A stretch of 64,000 nt of DNA from Flectonema sp. DT1601 (lineage: Eukaryota): NCBI GenBank assembly GCA_964019425.1, contig OZ025802.1, forward strand, positions 1,054,001-1,118,000. Direction: 5' to 3'. Of the stretch, positions 1 through 11,624 are shown one piece after another (the first letter of the stretch is position 1; every line of letters begins with the position of its first letter). Both the position numbers and the translations under genes were made by a program. The notes under the pieces are model-generated. The model saw only the letters and a list, made by a program, of their open reading frames with translations, did no database searches and had not been told where the DNA came from.

Positions 1-1425
1 GCTGATGGAGCACAGTCTGTTTGCGAAGGAGATGATGTCGACCTATTCATCAATAATGAATTACATAATATTTCTGTGACGAAAATAAAATCCATAAACA
101 ACATGCGAATCCGTGGATGGGACAAACAAGAAACAGACAACACGAAACCAGAAATATACGACGGCAAGCAACTACTAAGTTATTGGAATGGCAGTCAGGA
201 AAACCCTTCTGAGAAAACTCCGAAAATGCCCTTAATTAGTTGGGCAATAGGGACTATAACATCAGCCATCAGACCATCATCACAAAACCCAATCCACAGA
301 GACACCAATCAAACAACTGTTAGTGGCAACATTCACGGGAATAACTCAAAAATACCTTTGTCTGGTTGCCTTCTGAAATCATGTCCTTACGCTTCTGTAA
401 CCAATTTATTGGGACCCGTTGAAGAATCAGTCTCAAGAGAGGATTTTAAAATCGTTAATGAACACCCACATTTATTGTGTACCAGCAATACGGTGAGTCA
501 TCCTGGATCTGAGGGTGGGGTCTTATCGCTTGATGGATCTGTTTTAGGGGTCATAGTGCAACCACCGCTACTTGATAATGCGGATACTTCACATTGTATT
601 TATGTTTTGGATTTTAAATTGTTCGTGTCTTTGTTTAATATTTCTGTGGGTGATATTCAAAGTGACATTTTCAACCAAAACTCTGCTTTGAATGTGTTGA
701 GAAGTGAAGGTCCGGTTTTTAAACAATTCGTAACAAAGATTCAACACGACGCATCATGGGGATCTGGTATATCAATTGGGAACAGAATGATAATAACAAA
801 CGCACATGTTGTTGGAGATAGCAACATGGTAACAGTCAATGGAAGATTATCAAAAGTTAAATTTAAAAGCCAAGGAAGCCTTGACATTGCTTTAGTTGAA
901 TGTGAATTGGAATTACCTTCAGCTGATTTTTCAAAGCCTGTGGTTGGAGAACGGGTTTATTCAGTTGGTTTCAGCAACGGTTCAGGTCAAGTACGACCAG
1001 CGATGCACTCGGGTACTATATTGGCAGTATTCCCTTCTTGTATTATAACATCAGCTATGACCATTCCTGGGAGCAGTGGGGGTGCTTTGATCAACGAGAG
1101 TGGAGCTGTTGTTGGATTGCTGACCTCATGTTTCTACGATACCTGTCTTTCCAAAATAGTACCATCTATCGGAATGGCTGTCCCATCTGAGCTCATATTA
1201 CCGTTATTAAAGAACCTTTCTGTGGAGTCGCTTTCGAAAATCTACAACATTTTCGATCACTCCATCGATTCAATTTGGTCTCTCTCTCAGGGTGATAACT
1301 CTGATTCCCTCCGCAGGCTTTCACTTCAAATTAAAGCAGCAAAATCCAACAAACCCATACCAAGTCTCCCTGATGGAGCACCAGGCTCAATGCTCAGCAA
1401 CTACATATTAAATGCTAAATTATAG
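1..1425 (+). CDS. Peroxisomal leader-peptide-processing serine protease (TYSND1/DEG15-like), 5'-truncated by window edge
   Basis: Frame is open from base 1. The C-terminal trypsin-like domain has TNAHV, LDIAL and PGSSGG. A degenerate first domain has PGSEGG. The C-terminus -AKL is a PTS1. Confidence 0.8.
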   Translation, partial: ADGAQSVCEGDDVDLFINNELHNISVTKIKSINNMRIRGWDKQETDNTKPEIYDGKQLLSYWNGSQENPSEKTPKMPLISWAIGTITSAIRPSSQNPIHRDTNQTTVSGNIHGNNSKIPLSGCLLKSCPYASVTNLLGPVEESVSREDFKIVNEHPHLLCTSNTVSHPGSEGGVLSLDGSVLGVIVQPPLLDNADTSHCIYVLDFKLFVSLFNISVGDIQSDIFNQNSALNVLRSEGPVFKQFVTKIQHDASWGSGISIGNRMIITNAHVVGDSNMVTVNGRLSKVKFKSQGSLDIALVECELELPSADFSKPVVGERVYSVGFSNGSGQVRPAMHSGTILAVFPSCIITSAMTIPGSSGGALINESGAVVGLLTSCFYDTCLSKIVPSIGMAVPSELILPLLKNLSVESLSKIYNIFDHSIDSIWSLSQGDNSDSLRRLSLQIKAAKSNKPIPSLPDGAPGSMLSNYILNAKL

Positions 1426-1502
1426 TTCTGAGGGATGCAATTATGTTGTTTGTAACTCCTTATTGTTTGTTGATTACCTTCATATCAGTAATACTTAATA
1501 AT

Positions 1503-2618
1503 ATGTTAGTAGTGGGGGTCAATTCGACATGTGTTTTGATCGGCGGTTCGATCCTCACGGCAGGAACATTTACGTATTGCTGCTGTCAGAGAATGAGAGA
1601 CAAATATTTGTTGAGGCGAGTCCACAGGAGGTTACTGAGGAGGGCGTTGGAGTTGCAAGATGGAGAATTGTTATCAATTGCTAGTTGTGGGTTACCAAGC
1701 AAGCCTTTGATGAGTAGAGGTACTGAGGGAGACGCATCCCCAAGTCCAATGTTAGTTGCAACGATGGAATATTTATTTTCAAGAAGAACAAAATCAATGC
1801 AAAGTAAGGAATTCGAATCCTTTTCAAGATCTGGACCAGAATCGCTAACACCAATTGATTGCTGCGCTGCTGGAGCTTTGGCTTGTCTGTGGCCTGGAGT
1901 TTCAGCTAACAAGAGACATGTAATAATTTATATTTCAGGTTCTGGGTACTCCACTGGAAGCATTGAGACATCGAGAGCATTTGCAGGACAGCTTAGCAAA
2001 CTTATGCAGTGTCCCGTTATTATTCCAAGACTTCTTGGTACAAGTAACGTTGCAGATGAGATTCAAAATGTTACTCAATGCCTACAGTGGTTATCTTCTA
2101 AAGTCGTTGACCGAAGCATATCAATAGTAGCGGACTCGTTCGGATGCGAAATTGCAATCGGTACAGTTGCTAAGAACGAGTCATTGAAAGCCAATAAAAG
2201 AGTTGGATGTAATTCGTTAATACTCATATCTCCTATTCTACTGTCCTACACTGCTTCTTCAGCCAGACTGCGAGAAGCTAATAATGATCGTGATCCCATG
2301 TTTCCAGGATACGCCAGTGTGTATATAAATTTTAAAAAGCGATTGTCAGGTGTTCATTCTATGCTTCCTCAAACAACTCCTCCGGTTTTGTTTATTTCAT
2401 CGGAATCTGAATTCTTTGCGACGAGTATTAGAAAAACTTATTTAAATGCGAGACGTGTTAGTATCCCTTGTGAACACGTCATCACTCCTCACACACCTCA
2501 TTGTCTTCCATTGTATTGTAATGTCTTTCCTGAAGGAAGAGATTCTTTGAATAAAATAACATCGTTCGTAGAATCACACCTATCTGTTAAGGTTCCTAGT
2601 CGCAGTGTTTGTGAATAA
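1503..2618 (+). CDS. Alpha/beta-hydrolase (HSL/abhydrolase_3-like) with N-terminal hydrophobic anchor
   Basis: VIIYISGSGY (HGGG-like), SIVADSFG (GDSxG-like nucleophile elbow), LILISP, PPVLFISSESE and a late PH. ATG 1503 is preferred because it follows a CAG acceptor; ATG 1443 lies only 17 nt after the upstream stop. Confidence 0.65.
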   Translation: MLVVGVNSTCVLIGGSILTAGTFTYCCCQRMRDKYLLRRVHRRLLRRALELQDGELLSIASCGLPSKPLMSRGTEGDASPSPMLVATMEYLFSRRTKSMQSKEFESFSRSGPESLTPIDCCAAGALACLWPGVSANKRHVIIYISGSGYSTGSIETSRAFAGQLSKLMQCPVIIPRLLGTSNVADEIQNVTQCLQWLSSKVVDRSISIVADSFGCEIAIGTVAKNESLKANKRVGCNSLILISPILLSYTASSARLREANNDRDPMFPGYASVYINFKKRLSGVHSMLPQTTPPVLFISSESEFFATSIRKTYLNARRVSIPCEHVITPHTPHCLPLYCNVFPEGRDSLNKITSFVESHLSVKVPSRSVCE

Positions 2619-2803
2619 CCTTGCCACTTAGTGCGCAACATTTTTTTTAAAACACAAGAAAAGAACAACCGCCACACCTAACCCTGTTTCTGATGAAGCG
2701 CTTAGCCGCCAATCAACTTTGCCTTCTATTCTGCTAATGCAGTCGCGTACTTTAAAAATAAAAAAAACATTAAGTTATATTCCAACAGAGGCAGCTACGA
2801 AAC

Positions 2804-3785
2804 ATGGACGGGTACATAAGTAGTCATTAGTGTAAGTTGTTACTTCACTAATTTAATTTTGTTCTGACGAACGACTTGAAAGTAGAAAAGGAAGGTGTAC
2901 AACACCACAAATAAGGTGAAAACACCCGACAACATGTTGGAGGATCCCGACGCCACGCCGTCAAAATTACTCCGAACATGTGAAGCACGAGGTGTTGATG
3001 GTGAGAAGGTTATCGCCGACCATGTTATGGACATGGAGAGAGCACTTGAAGAAAAGGGTTCGGTCCTGCAGGTGCTTAAGAAAACTTATAAATCTTACGA
3101 AGCCTCGACTGAGTTGGCAGCGAAAGACAAAAATGACGGTGGCAGCCCTCTCCTTGCCCATCCTCTCGAAGCGAAGAGCACTGCCAGTGTCAGCAAACTC
3201 AAAAAGAATTTGAAAGGCAGATGCGAGCAGGTATGAATTACTCCTCGTTTTTTTTTTCAAATTTTCTTTTTTGATCACCTTCTCTTCATGTTCTCTTAAT
3301 TGAAATTACTCAACACTAAATAAGCTAACTAATCACAGATAACATTTCTGATGAACAAAGTCGCAACCCAAGCGACAGAGCTGAACGAATTCGAGTACAA
3401 AATTACAACCATAAGAGGTGACCTGAATTCGAATATTCAGCAAGTAAGAAGACAAGGCGACGTCTTAAAGAGTCAAGAAGGACAGCTTCATGAATTGCTA
3501 GAACTGATTGGTCAACATCAGGAAACTTTAGAAGTCTTTTCTGAAGCAACTGACAAGAATCCGGCAACAGGTCCTTCAGGACAGATGTCTAGAGTAGAAA
3601 AATCACTCGTAAACTTGGAAGAACGCGCAACTAAACTGGAAGCACGAAAGCTTCCTGAAGAAAAGAACACCACCGACACGTCATCTTTGACGTCGTATTC
3701 GTCTGAAGTTGATCGAAACGAGTCTGATGGTCCTGCTCGACGTCACATTCGAATTCAAAACAATCTTCTGTGTTCCTTACAATAA
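2804..3785 (+). CDS. Hypothetical coiled-coil protein, spliced (exons ~2804-2811, 2891-3230, 3339-3785)
   Basis: The phase-0 intron GTATGA 3231..CACAG 3338 joins ORFs 2895-3236 and 3351-3785 in frame. The first micro-exon is tentative. Confidence 0.6.
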
Positions 3786-5110
3786 TAACTGGTGAAAAAC
3801 TGAAAGAATTTTAGTTTTGTTTTAAAAAAAAAAAAAGAAAAACCTAGCAGCGAAGAAAGGAAGATTTTACAGCCACTGTGCTTGCGAATCACTACGCGAA
3901 TGGTTTCAACAAGCTCGTAGTCACGTGATGTCAATTACCATCGCGGATTAGTGCAGTGTTCGAGGGTTCTAAACCTTTTTTTTTGTAATTTTGTGCAGAA
4001 GTGGCTGTTTGTCGCTTCCATTATTGTATCTTTTTTTTAATTTATTTTTGTTTATTTCTTAAAAAATGAAATGACCTGAAAGGTCGTTCTACACCAACAT
4101 CTATGTGGTCAGTGCTTTTAAAACAGTAAGACAGTAATGTTTTTAATCATCGGGCTGCATCTTCTTTTTCCCTCCTTTTTTTGCGAAAGGTAAATAGGAC
4201 GCCGGAGGCTAAAAGGAATGAAATTTTATGTTATTCTGCACTGGTTTTTGGTACTACTAAGTCTCATCAACGAGAGAGCTTTTTTTAGCAATGCCTTTTG
4301 TTTTCCCAGCAGAAATAAGTGGTCTCTGAATAAAAAAATGGAAAAAAAGAAAGAAAATGTTTTTGTTGTTTTTTATTTTTCTTCTTTTACAAATTCTCTG
4401 GTTGTGCACCACACTGTCTAATTCTTTATTATTATTTTTTTGCTAAGCTTAGTACCTTACCCCTCAGGGAAAGGAACCAAGCTCGGAAAAGAAAACATAA
4501 GCATTAAACGCTATGAAGAAGGACTAGTGATCTTTTCTATTGTGATTTTTATCTTTCTCTTATTCGTTATGGTTTTGCAACAAAAAAATCCCTGTCCCAC
4601 TCTCCCTTTGATTATCTGTGTTCAAACAAATATCTGAAATAATATCGAAAAAAGACGAAATTGGCACGTTTGGGTGTGTTGCACACAAATGTGATGCCCC
4701 GCTGAGAAAACAAGGATGGAATGCCCACTCCCTCACTGTATTCAAAAACAGGGCGATGTGATCCCAGCACGTGTCAAATCACGTACAGGATTTTTGTTTT
4801 ATATGTCATTAAATTGCGATGCTTCTTGTAGTACTTCGAAAAAGAACAAAAAAAAAACCTGAAGCGAGACAGACAAAAAATGGTTTTAACATGATCGTTG
4901 CAATGACTGGCAAATCAGTCGAGACATATGCATGATGAAAAGATCTTCAGTTTGTGAAGAGAACATTTTTTATAACCCCGATAGGAATCCCACTGCGTTT
5001 TGGAGGAGTGTTTACTGCTGTTTTCCAACTACTTTACTTCAAGCTTTTCTTAACAGATGACATGAGATAGGTCATTTTTCTCATTATCCCGTTCAAAAAA
5101 GAAATTCAAA

Positions 5111-5770
5111 ATGGCAATAATCGATGATTCCAAGAAGAAGAAAAAGAAAAAGCGTTCCCAATTCAAAATTGGTGACGCTGTTGTTGTTAGAAATGAATTA
5201 CCGGCTGGTGAGCTCTATGATGAGCTCACCAGTGAGGAAAGGGAATGGCATGAAAAAAGGGCAAGGTGGAGGCGTGGTATTGTTGTTGCGTTTGATGGTG
5301 ATGCGCCTGCACCTGAACGGATTATTGGTGACGGTGGTATTGGCAGACCCATCGTATTGCTTAATGGGCAGAAGTCTTGGAACATGTTTTCCACTGTTAA
5401 ACTTGATCCTCGAACTGAGATAACTCACAACCAACTTCTAAGGCTGGGTCTCAGAGACCCCTCAACTGTCACATCAGAAACCACAACTGCAAATACTAAG
5501 ATGCCACTTAAAAGCATGTCAAAAGTCCCAATAACAAGACCAAAGAGCCAAGCAGAGTGTATGATCGAGGCACAACGAATAGAATGGGCAAAACTCCCTA
5601 AACCTGCTACTAATCATGAACAAATCTTAAGGAATGTCTGTCAGTCAGCAGGTCTTGCTCCATCAATTTTAAAACAGAGAGCTTCTGTTTCGCCAGTCTG
5701 TGATTCAGAGTGTTCTGCAGCTTCTTCCGTTTCATCAACTTCCCGTAGTTCGGTTGTACATCATATCTGA
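5111..5770 (+). CDS. Hypothetical protein with small SH3/Tudor-like beta domain; paralogue of 7039-7689
   Basis: FKIGDAVVVRN...WRRGIVVAFD...RIIGDGGIGRPIVLLNG aligns by eye with the neighbouring ORF. Confidence 0.65.
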   Translation: MAIIDDSKKKKKKKRSQFKIGDAVVVRNELPAGELYDELTSEEREWHEKRARWRRGIVVAFDGDAPAPERIIGDGGIGRPIVLLNGQKSWNMFSTVKLDPRTEITHNQLLRLGLRDPSTVTSETTTANTKMPLKSMSKVPITRPKSQAECMIEAQRIEWAKLPKPATNHEQILRNVCQSAGLAPSILKQRASVSPVCDSECSAASSVSSTSRSSVVHHI

Positions 5771-6075
5771 CCAACATGACCCAAGCCACACAGCAAATTC
5801 TTTTACTCATTGGAGAGCAAACCCGGGAGCGATCTTTATGATGAATGTGTGCTATAACCACATCAACAGTCTTAAGCTGGTTTAACAGACTGTCGCCAAA
5901 GGGAAGAAAGATAAGAAAAAGAATCGGCAAACTTCACTTTTTACTTACTCACTCACACTTTTATTTTGTTTGTGCGCAACCGAAAATTAAATCATGAAGG
6001 CTCAAGATCACGTTTTGGTCAGCGCAGTTATGACCTTAATCCCTCGTAGTCATCAGTTTGTATTTTGCAAACTGC

Positions 6076-6122
6076 TTTTTTTTTTTTGCAGACGAAACTA
6101 TTCAGATTAAGAGCCGTTATTT
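6076..6122. repeat. Dispersed short repeat family A, copy 1
   Basis: AAACTATTCAGATTAAGAGCCGTT (6095-6118) is identical to 22796-22819 and follows a T-tract. Confidence 0.8.
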
Positions 6123-6423
6123 AGTTCCCCGCCAGTACCCGCAAAGTACGATCAACAAAATAAAAGGCTTATAGTTTTTTTCTTCTTCCCATTTCTTTTT
6201 AACCCCAGAGACAAAATAGAAAGCTATCTGTGTTCTCTATGGGCTCTCTTTATTTTCTTTCTGTTCTTATTTTTCAATTTATACTTTTATTTTTAGGACG
6301 TACACTTTCTTGCTTTTTTGCAAAAAAGATTTCCTTCAATTTCCTCACAATTTTTGCCTCCCAAACATCCTTGGATGAAAATGATTCAACTAATATTGCC
6401 TTCCAAAAAAGTGGAAAAAACCA

Positions 6424-6495
6424 TGCGCTCACCGGGAGTCGAACCCGGGCCGCTCGCTTGGAAGGCGAGAATACTAACCGTTATACCATGAGCGC
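6424..6495 (-). tRNA. tRNA-Gly(TCC)
   Basis: Minus strand reads GCGCTCA TGGTATAACGGTTAGTATT CTCGC-CT TCC AA-GCGAG CGGCCCGGGTTCGACTCCCGG TGAGCGC A. It forms a cloverleaf with a GGTTCGA T-loop and is followed by a T6 Pol III terminator. Confidence 0.97.
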
Positions 6496-7038
6496 TTCTG
6501 ACTGTAGAAAAAGAAGAGACAGTTTCAGGTAGTAAAAAAAGAAAAAAAAAAAAAAGACGGAAAAGCGTTTTATTTATAAGTGCGCAGAAATAGTCTTCTG
6601 CTTTTTTCCTAGGCAGTTTGTTGTCAGAAGCCAATTTTGTGTGCAAAGCAGGTCGAAAGAACTGCTGTGCACAAAACAAAGCCAACCCGACACTTCAGAA
6701 TAGCAGGTGACATCTAGTCGCTATCAGCCGAAAATGCTTTTTACTTTCTGGTTTTCAGGCTCTTTGTTGTCTTAAACTTCTAATTCAATTTTTTTCTTCT
6801 TTTCGTTTACGTTTGTGCTTAACTGTACTTCATCTTTTGATGAAAACAGAGTCATGGAGCTCATCCTACCATCGGGAAAAACAAATAGAGCGATTATGTT
6901 GTTATTGTGATTCAGTTTTTTTTTTGCCCAGCAACATATGACACTCGAACAGAAATTATAATGGTTCTGCATCAAAAATTGATATTTGTATATTCCTGTC
7001 GTTAATAGTTGTCAACCTGTTTGTTTTTCAGTATTCGA

Positions 7039-7689
7039 ATGGGATGGTTTGGCTTCGGCAAAAAGAAAGAGCCGGTAAATAAATACATAGACGAAGAAGA
7101 GATAAAAGCTGCAGAGCAAAGGAAGCAGAGACAACGCAAGAATCGTAAATATCACTATGGAGAATGCGTGCTTGTAAAGAATGACAAGCGAGAGAAGTGG
7201 AGGAGGGGGGTGGTGATTGCTTTCGAAGATTCAAGCAAGGATGAGAAACGTATCTTCGGAGAGCAGGGGAAAGGGAAACCTATTGTGGTCTTATCTGGTT
7301 CAAACCAAGATACGACATGGAGAATATATGACAACTTAAAGCCAGAGTATCGCGAACCATGTGAAGAATTCCTAATTGAAAATGGGATATTACCAAAAGA
7401 CCTAATTGATTCAGAGAAAGACTGCAGGCCACGTTCTACAGAGTTCTGCAAACCTGTAGTCACGAAGCCAGTTTCGAAGCCGGGTCATCACGCTAGTCTT
7501 TTCCAGCAAGCCATTCAAACTAGTTGTCGTCGTCCGCCAGTTTATAAAAACAAGACGGAGTTTGACCTCACTGTTGAGAGGCTCATTTCAGGAGGCGTTT
7601 CTTCCTCAGAAAAAAATGATTTCGTTGTGGATTGGTCTCAACCAGAATCCAATTCGCAGCAACGAAAGAGGAGGAGTAGAAAAATCTAA
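7039..7689 (+). CDS. Hypothetical protein with small SH3/Tudor-like beta domain; paralogue of 5111-5770
   Basis: YHYGECVLVKND..WRRGVVIAFE..RIFGEQGKGKPIVVLSG. The ATG follows a TTTTTCAG acceptor. The N-terminus is MGWFGFGKKK. Confidence 0.65.
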   Translation: MGWFGFGKKKEPVNKYIDEEEIKAAEQRKQRQRKNRKYHYGECVLVKNDKREKWRRGVVIAFEDSSKDEKRIFGEQGKGKPIVVLSGSNQDTTWRIYDNLKPEYREPCEEFLIENGILPKDLIDSEKDCRPRSTEFCKPVVTKPVSKPGHHASLFQQAIQTSCRRPPVYKNKTEFDLTVERLISGGVSSSEKNDFVVDWSQPESNSQQRKRRSRKI

Positions 7690-7985
7690 TCTATGTGAAT
7701 CCACGGCAGGGGTTTTTTCTTCTTTTGTATTTGTAGAGGTGTGTCTGAGGAAGATGGTGATCCTTTTCAGTAATCTTTTGTTTCATTTGATTGATGTATC
7801 GAGTGAAGGTACTCGTGTAGTGCTCGTCGGACAAATCTCGTCTGCGAGTTGCTCAATCAAATTGTGCGATTTTAGATACGTTTAGTTAATCCTTTTATAG
7901 TTGTTTACCCTATTGGTCTTTTATTTTAAAATAAAAAATAACTCAATAAATTCTATTTCTAACAAGAAGTTCTCACAGTTATAAA

Positions 7986-9554
7986 ATGGATAGGGAGGAA
8001 AAGCAGCGTTTGGTTGAAGATGATCTGAGTAGTCTGGGAAGTCAGAAGGTGGGATTTTTGAATAAGCTCCTTCCAGAAGGATCTCTCAACGCTGGGGTCT
8101 TTAACATAGCCTCGGCAACACTTGGGGCTGGAGCGTTAACATTGCCGTACGCATTGAGGAAATCAGGATTAATATTTGGAGTGTTTTGGTTGGCTCTGGG
8201 TATGCTCACAACGATATATTCTATTAAACTACTAATTGACGTGATTGAAGCAGTCAGGTTCTCACCTGCTTGGAAAGGACCTCGTAATTTAGACTCGTAC
8301 GAGGGGTTGTCTCTCCATTTATTTGGTCCAAAAATGGAGCATTTTGTTGAGGCTCAAATCATTATTTTTTGTTATGGTACTGCGATTGCCTACGTCGTAG
8401 CTGTCGGAGATATTTTAGACCCGGTGAGAAAGCTTGACTTCATGCCAGAGGCATTTAAAGATCATTATGGTCGTCAACTTGTTATGGTTTTGTTTTGGGC
8501 GTTGTTGATGCTTCCGTTATCGTTCTTAAAGAATGTGAACTCTCTCAGGTTTTCATCTCTTCTTGGTGTCTGTTCGATTCTTATTCTTGTTGCTGCTACA
8601 ATATATCACTGTTCTATAAACAGACTAACTGACTGGGACTACGATTGCAAGACACCTCATGATGCGTCTGGCTCTGGCTGTGCTGACGACATCGAGTACT
8701 TTGTACTGGACGGGACTACGGCTCTCACTATTCCATTGATCATGCTTGCTTATACTTGTCAGGTTAATGTGTTTTCTATATATCAAGAACTGAATGATGC
8801 GACTCCAAAGAAGATGATGAAGATCTCATGGTTAGGAATGGGTGGTATTTGTTTTGTTGTGTACGCGTTGATGGGTGTTTTTGGATATTTAGACTTCTTG
8901 GGAGATACGCAGGGAAACATTCTCAAGAATAGCGACTTCGACCCATCTTCTAATGTCTTTATCGCAATTGCGTTCGTAGCGATCGCATTGACTGTTGTTG
9001 TTGCTTTCCCTTTGGTGGTGTTCCCGTGTAGAGATTCTATTTTTAGTATTATTCTTCAACCAAAAATTGAAGAACGTGAAGATGCTGTACAACAAGCTCG
9101 TATTAACCCTGATCTCTATGATGTAGCGTCGGCATCATCAAGTCACGTCTACATGCCAGGACCAGGTGCAGCAGGTGGCCAGCCCCGAATCTACAAAAAA
9201 CCACCTAACTGGATGCATTACTCTGTTTCGTTTTCAATCTCTTTTTCTGCTTTGATCATTGCTTTGGTAATTCCAAACATCCAGGTTGTTTTTCAATTTT
9301 TGGGAGGTCTTTGTAGTTCTGTGTTGTGTTTTGTTTTACCTGCGGCATTCATGAAGAAAATGATGGCCCTTGAAACCGAACATTTCGCTGGGACTGATTC
9401 CGAGAATGTTACAGCAACAGCAGAATACCCTGACTTGTGGACTGAACCAGGACTTCCAACAGGGTTTTGGAGCAAACTCTGCATCGAATGTCTATTTTGG
9501 GGAGGAATCCTTGCCGGAATCGGTTCCACCGTCGTATCAGCGATTTCACTGTAG
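7986..9554 (+). CDS. Amino-acid transporter (Aa_trans/AAAP, SLC38-like)
   Basis: GSLNAGVFNIASATLGAGALTLPYA, LPLSFLKNVNSLRFSS, AYTCQVNV and FGYLDF; about 11 hydrophobic segments. Confidence 0.93.
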   Translation: MDREEKQRLVEDDLSSLGSQKVGFLNKLLPEGSLNAGVFNIASATLGAGALTLPYALRKSGLIFGVFWLALGMLTTIYSIKLLIDVIEAVRFSPAWKGPRNLDSYEGLSLHLFGPKMEHFVEAQIIIFCYGTAIAYVVAVGDILDPVRKLDFMPEAFKDHYGRQLVMVLFWALLMLPLSFLKNVNSLRFSSLLGVCSILILVAATIYHCSINRLTDWDYDCKTPHDASGSGCADDIEYFVLDGTTALTIPLIMLAYTCQVNVFSIYQELNDATPKKMMKISWLGMGGICFVVYALMGVFGYLDFLGDTQGNILKNSDFDPSSNVFIAIAFVAIALTVVVAFPLVVFPCRDSIFSIILQPKIEEREDAVQQARINPDLYDVASASSSHVYMPGPGAAGGQPRIYKKPPNWMHYSVSFSISFSALIIALVIPNIQVVFQFLGGLCSSVLCFVLPAAFMKKMMALETEHFAGTDSENVTATAEYPDLWTEPGLPTGFWSKLCIECLFWGGILAGIGSTVVSAISL

Positions 9555-10327
9555 TTGAACTAGTTATGGAGCTGTATGACCGTATTTAGTTGTCTTTCTG
9601 ATAGTGTATAGAGTCACTGTCTTATAATTAATTAAAAGGAAACAAAGGTTTTTGTTAAGTGACAACAATCGCTTTACACTTCTTCTTCTGAGAATAATTA
9701 TCTTGTTAGCAGTTTGTCAGCACTGTTACTTAGTCTGCTTGCTTGTTTTTTTTTATTCAAATGTTTTAGTTGTTTTTTTCTGTCCCCGTTTTTCGGATGT
9801 CCCTTTTTTTTAAAATTTTTTTTTTTATATCTATCACGTTGAGTAGTCTCGTGTGGTCCCTTACCTTGATGGATTGCTCTTCGTGAATAGGAAAAAAAAA
9901 AAAAAAAAAAAGAGGAGGTTGTGTAATGCGCTGTTTTATTCAGCTACTTAAAAGTTTTTGGTACTTTTACCAAAACATCAAAAAAAAAAAAAAAAAAAAG
10001 CAGCAATATTTCAGGGCTGCGAGTGTGTCATTTTTTTTATCGTTTGCCAAAAAAAAAAAAAAAAAAAACCCAAATTGAAGACTCGAGGAAAGCTCCGTCG
10101 TCGGATCGACTATTAGTTTTATTTTTTTTTTCTTGTTAATATCTTACCTGAAGAAAAAAAAAAAAAAGTAAATTCGTGTTTGTTTTTGTAGGGTATCTTA
10201 TTGAAATCTAAGTACCTGTATTGTATCTCATCATCAGTGAGAGTCTCACGGCTGGCTTCGTAGGATTCGCAAATAAATAAATGATATGTTTACAGTTTAG
10301 GGACTCTCTATCAGTGGTGTCATTTTA

Positions 10328-10397
10328 TTTTTTTGTACCGACGTTCAGATTGAAAAGCCATTATTTCTTATGGTCATGACTTATTTTCCCCCCTGTG
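10328..10397. repeat. Dispersed short repeat family A, diverged copy 2
   Basis: T-tract-GTACCGACG-TTCAGATTGAAAAGCCATTATTTCTTATGGTCATG aligns to copies 1 and 3. Confidence 0.6.
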
Positions 10398-10852
10398 CGA
10401 CAGGATTTTGTCTGCGTTCAATGAAATATAAGGCTAATCTTGAATGGTTTTTTTTATAAATTAATATTTGCATTCCTTCAGCTGAAGTCAGTTCAGCAAT
10501 CCTTACTGAGTCTTGTAAGATACTCATACACAGCAACGTTGGTATCCTAATTTTATTGTTATTTATAGAGTTGTGTAAAACGATTAACTCTGTTGGTGTG
10601 AAGGGCATCCCCTTACTTTCTTCGCTGAAAAGTTTTGGGTAAGGGAGAGGGAGTGGTTCGAAAAAAAGTTTTTTTTTTAAAAGCTTTAGCTCGAAACCAA
10701 CTGTTACCTGTATTGATGTCCTCACGATTTATTTATTCAAAATTTAACTCCCTACTAATATTGTCTATGGTAGTCACTACCACGTGGAGTTTGGTCTTGT
10801 TTTATATCACTACCATGCGATGATTGGATACCCCAAAGCGATTCATAGTCGA

Positions 10853-10891
<39 letters not shown>
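10853..10891. repeat. (TGT)n microsatellite, ~13 units
   Basis: Perfect trinucleotide run. Confidence 0.95.
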
Positions 10892-11624
10892 GCGTGCAAG
10901 GAGGGTAAACTACATATATTTTTTTCATTTCTTTTCCCCCTAAAATAGTAAATTGACGTGTGTTACCAACTCACCAAGTGTATTTCAGTACACTTTTACA
11001 ACTTGTAATAAATAAAGTATTTGGTGACAGCGTGTCTTAACGTGTTCTCACACTTACCAGGTTAGAATAGTGATAACAAACTGTGGTTGGAGACCTCATC
11101 AGCACCTTTAAAGGTGCTTGAAACATGTTTTTGTTTTCTTTGGTTGTGTCCTTTATCAGGTTAGATATTATATTCTCGGTAGGTCTATATCATGCTGTCC
11201 ATTTGCCTTTTTTTTTTTTTTTTTTTTTTTCTTTCTCCGTTTCCCTCTTTTTTCTTGTGTTAATCTTTTTAAAAAAAAAAAAAAAAAAAATAGCCATCAC
11301 CATTCACCATTGGTAGGTGCACGTAGTTTCACAGGACGTATTCTTCTTGATTTCTGTTTTTACAAAAAAAAAAAAAAAAAAAAAAAAGGCAAGGGATCCC
11401 CTCCCTTTTCCCTCTGTTCTTTTTATTTACGAATTCAAGCATCACATTAGTCAATCATCATTCAGGAGAGCTTATTGCTATTTATTTAATACAGGTGAAG
11501 AAATGATGTCCCCAGATGATGAATTCTAATTAAAAGTTTTTGTTGTCTTTCTATTCGTTTATGTTATCTTTTCAAAGCAACATGAGAGTCTTCTGATTTA
11601 AATAAATTAAAAAAAAAAAAAAAA

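Noticed and set aside
6230..6685. ORFs overlapping the tRNA
   Set aside because: Explained by the tRNA gene and low-complexity flanks.
10085..10096. GAGGAAAGCTCC resembling RNase P/MRP CR-I
   Set aside because: No matching CR-V or P4 partner was found downstream.
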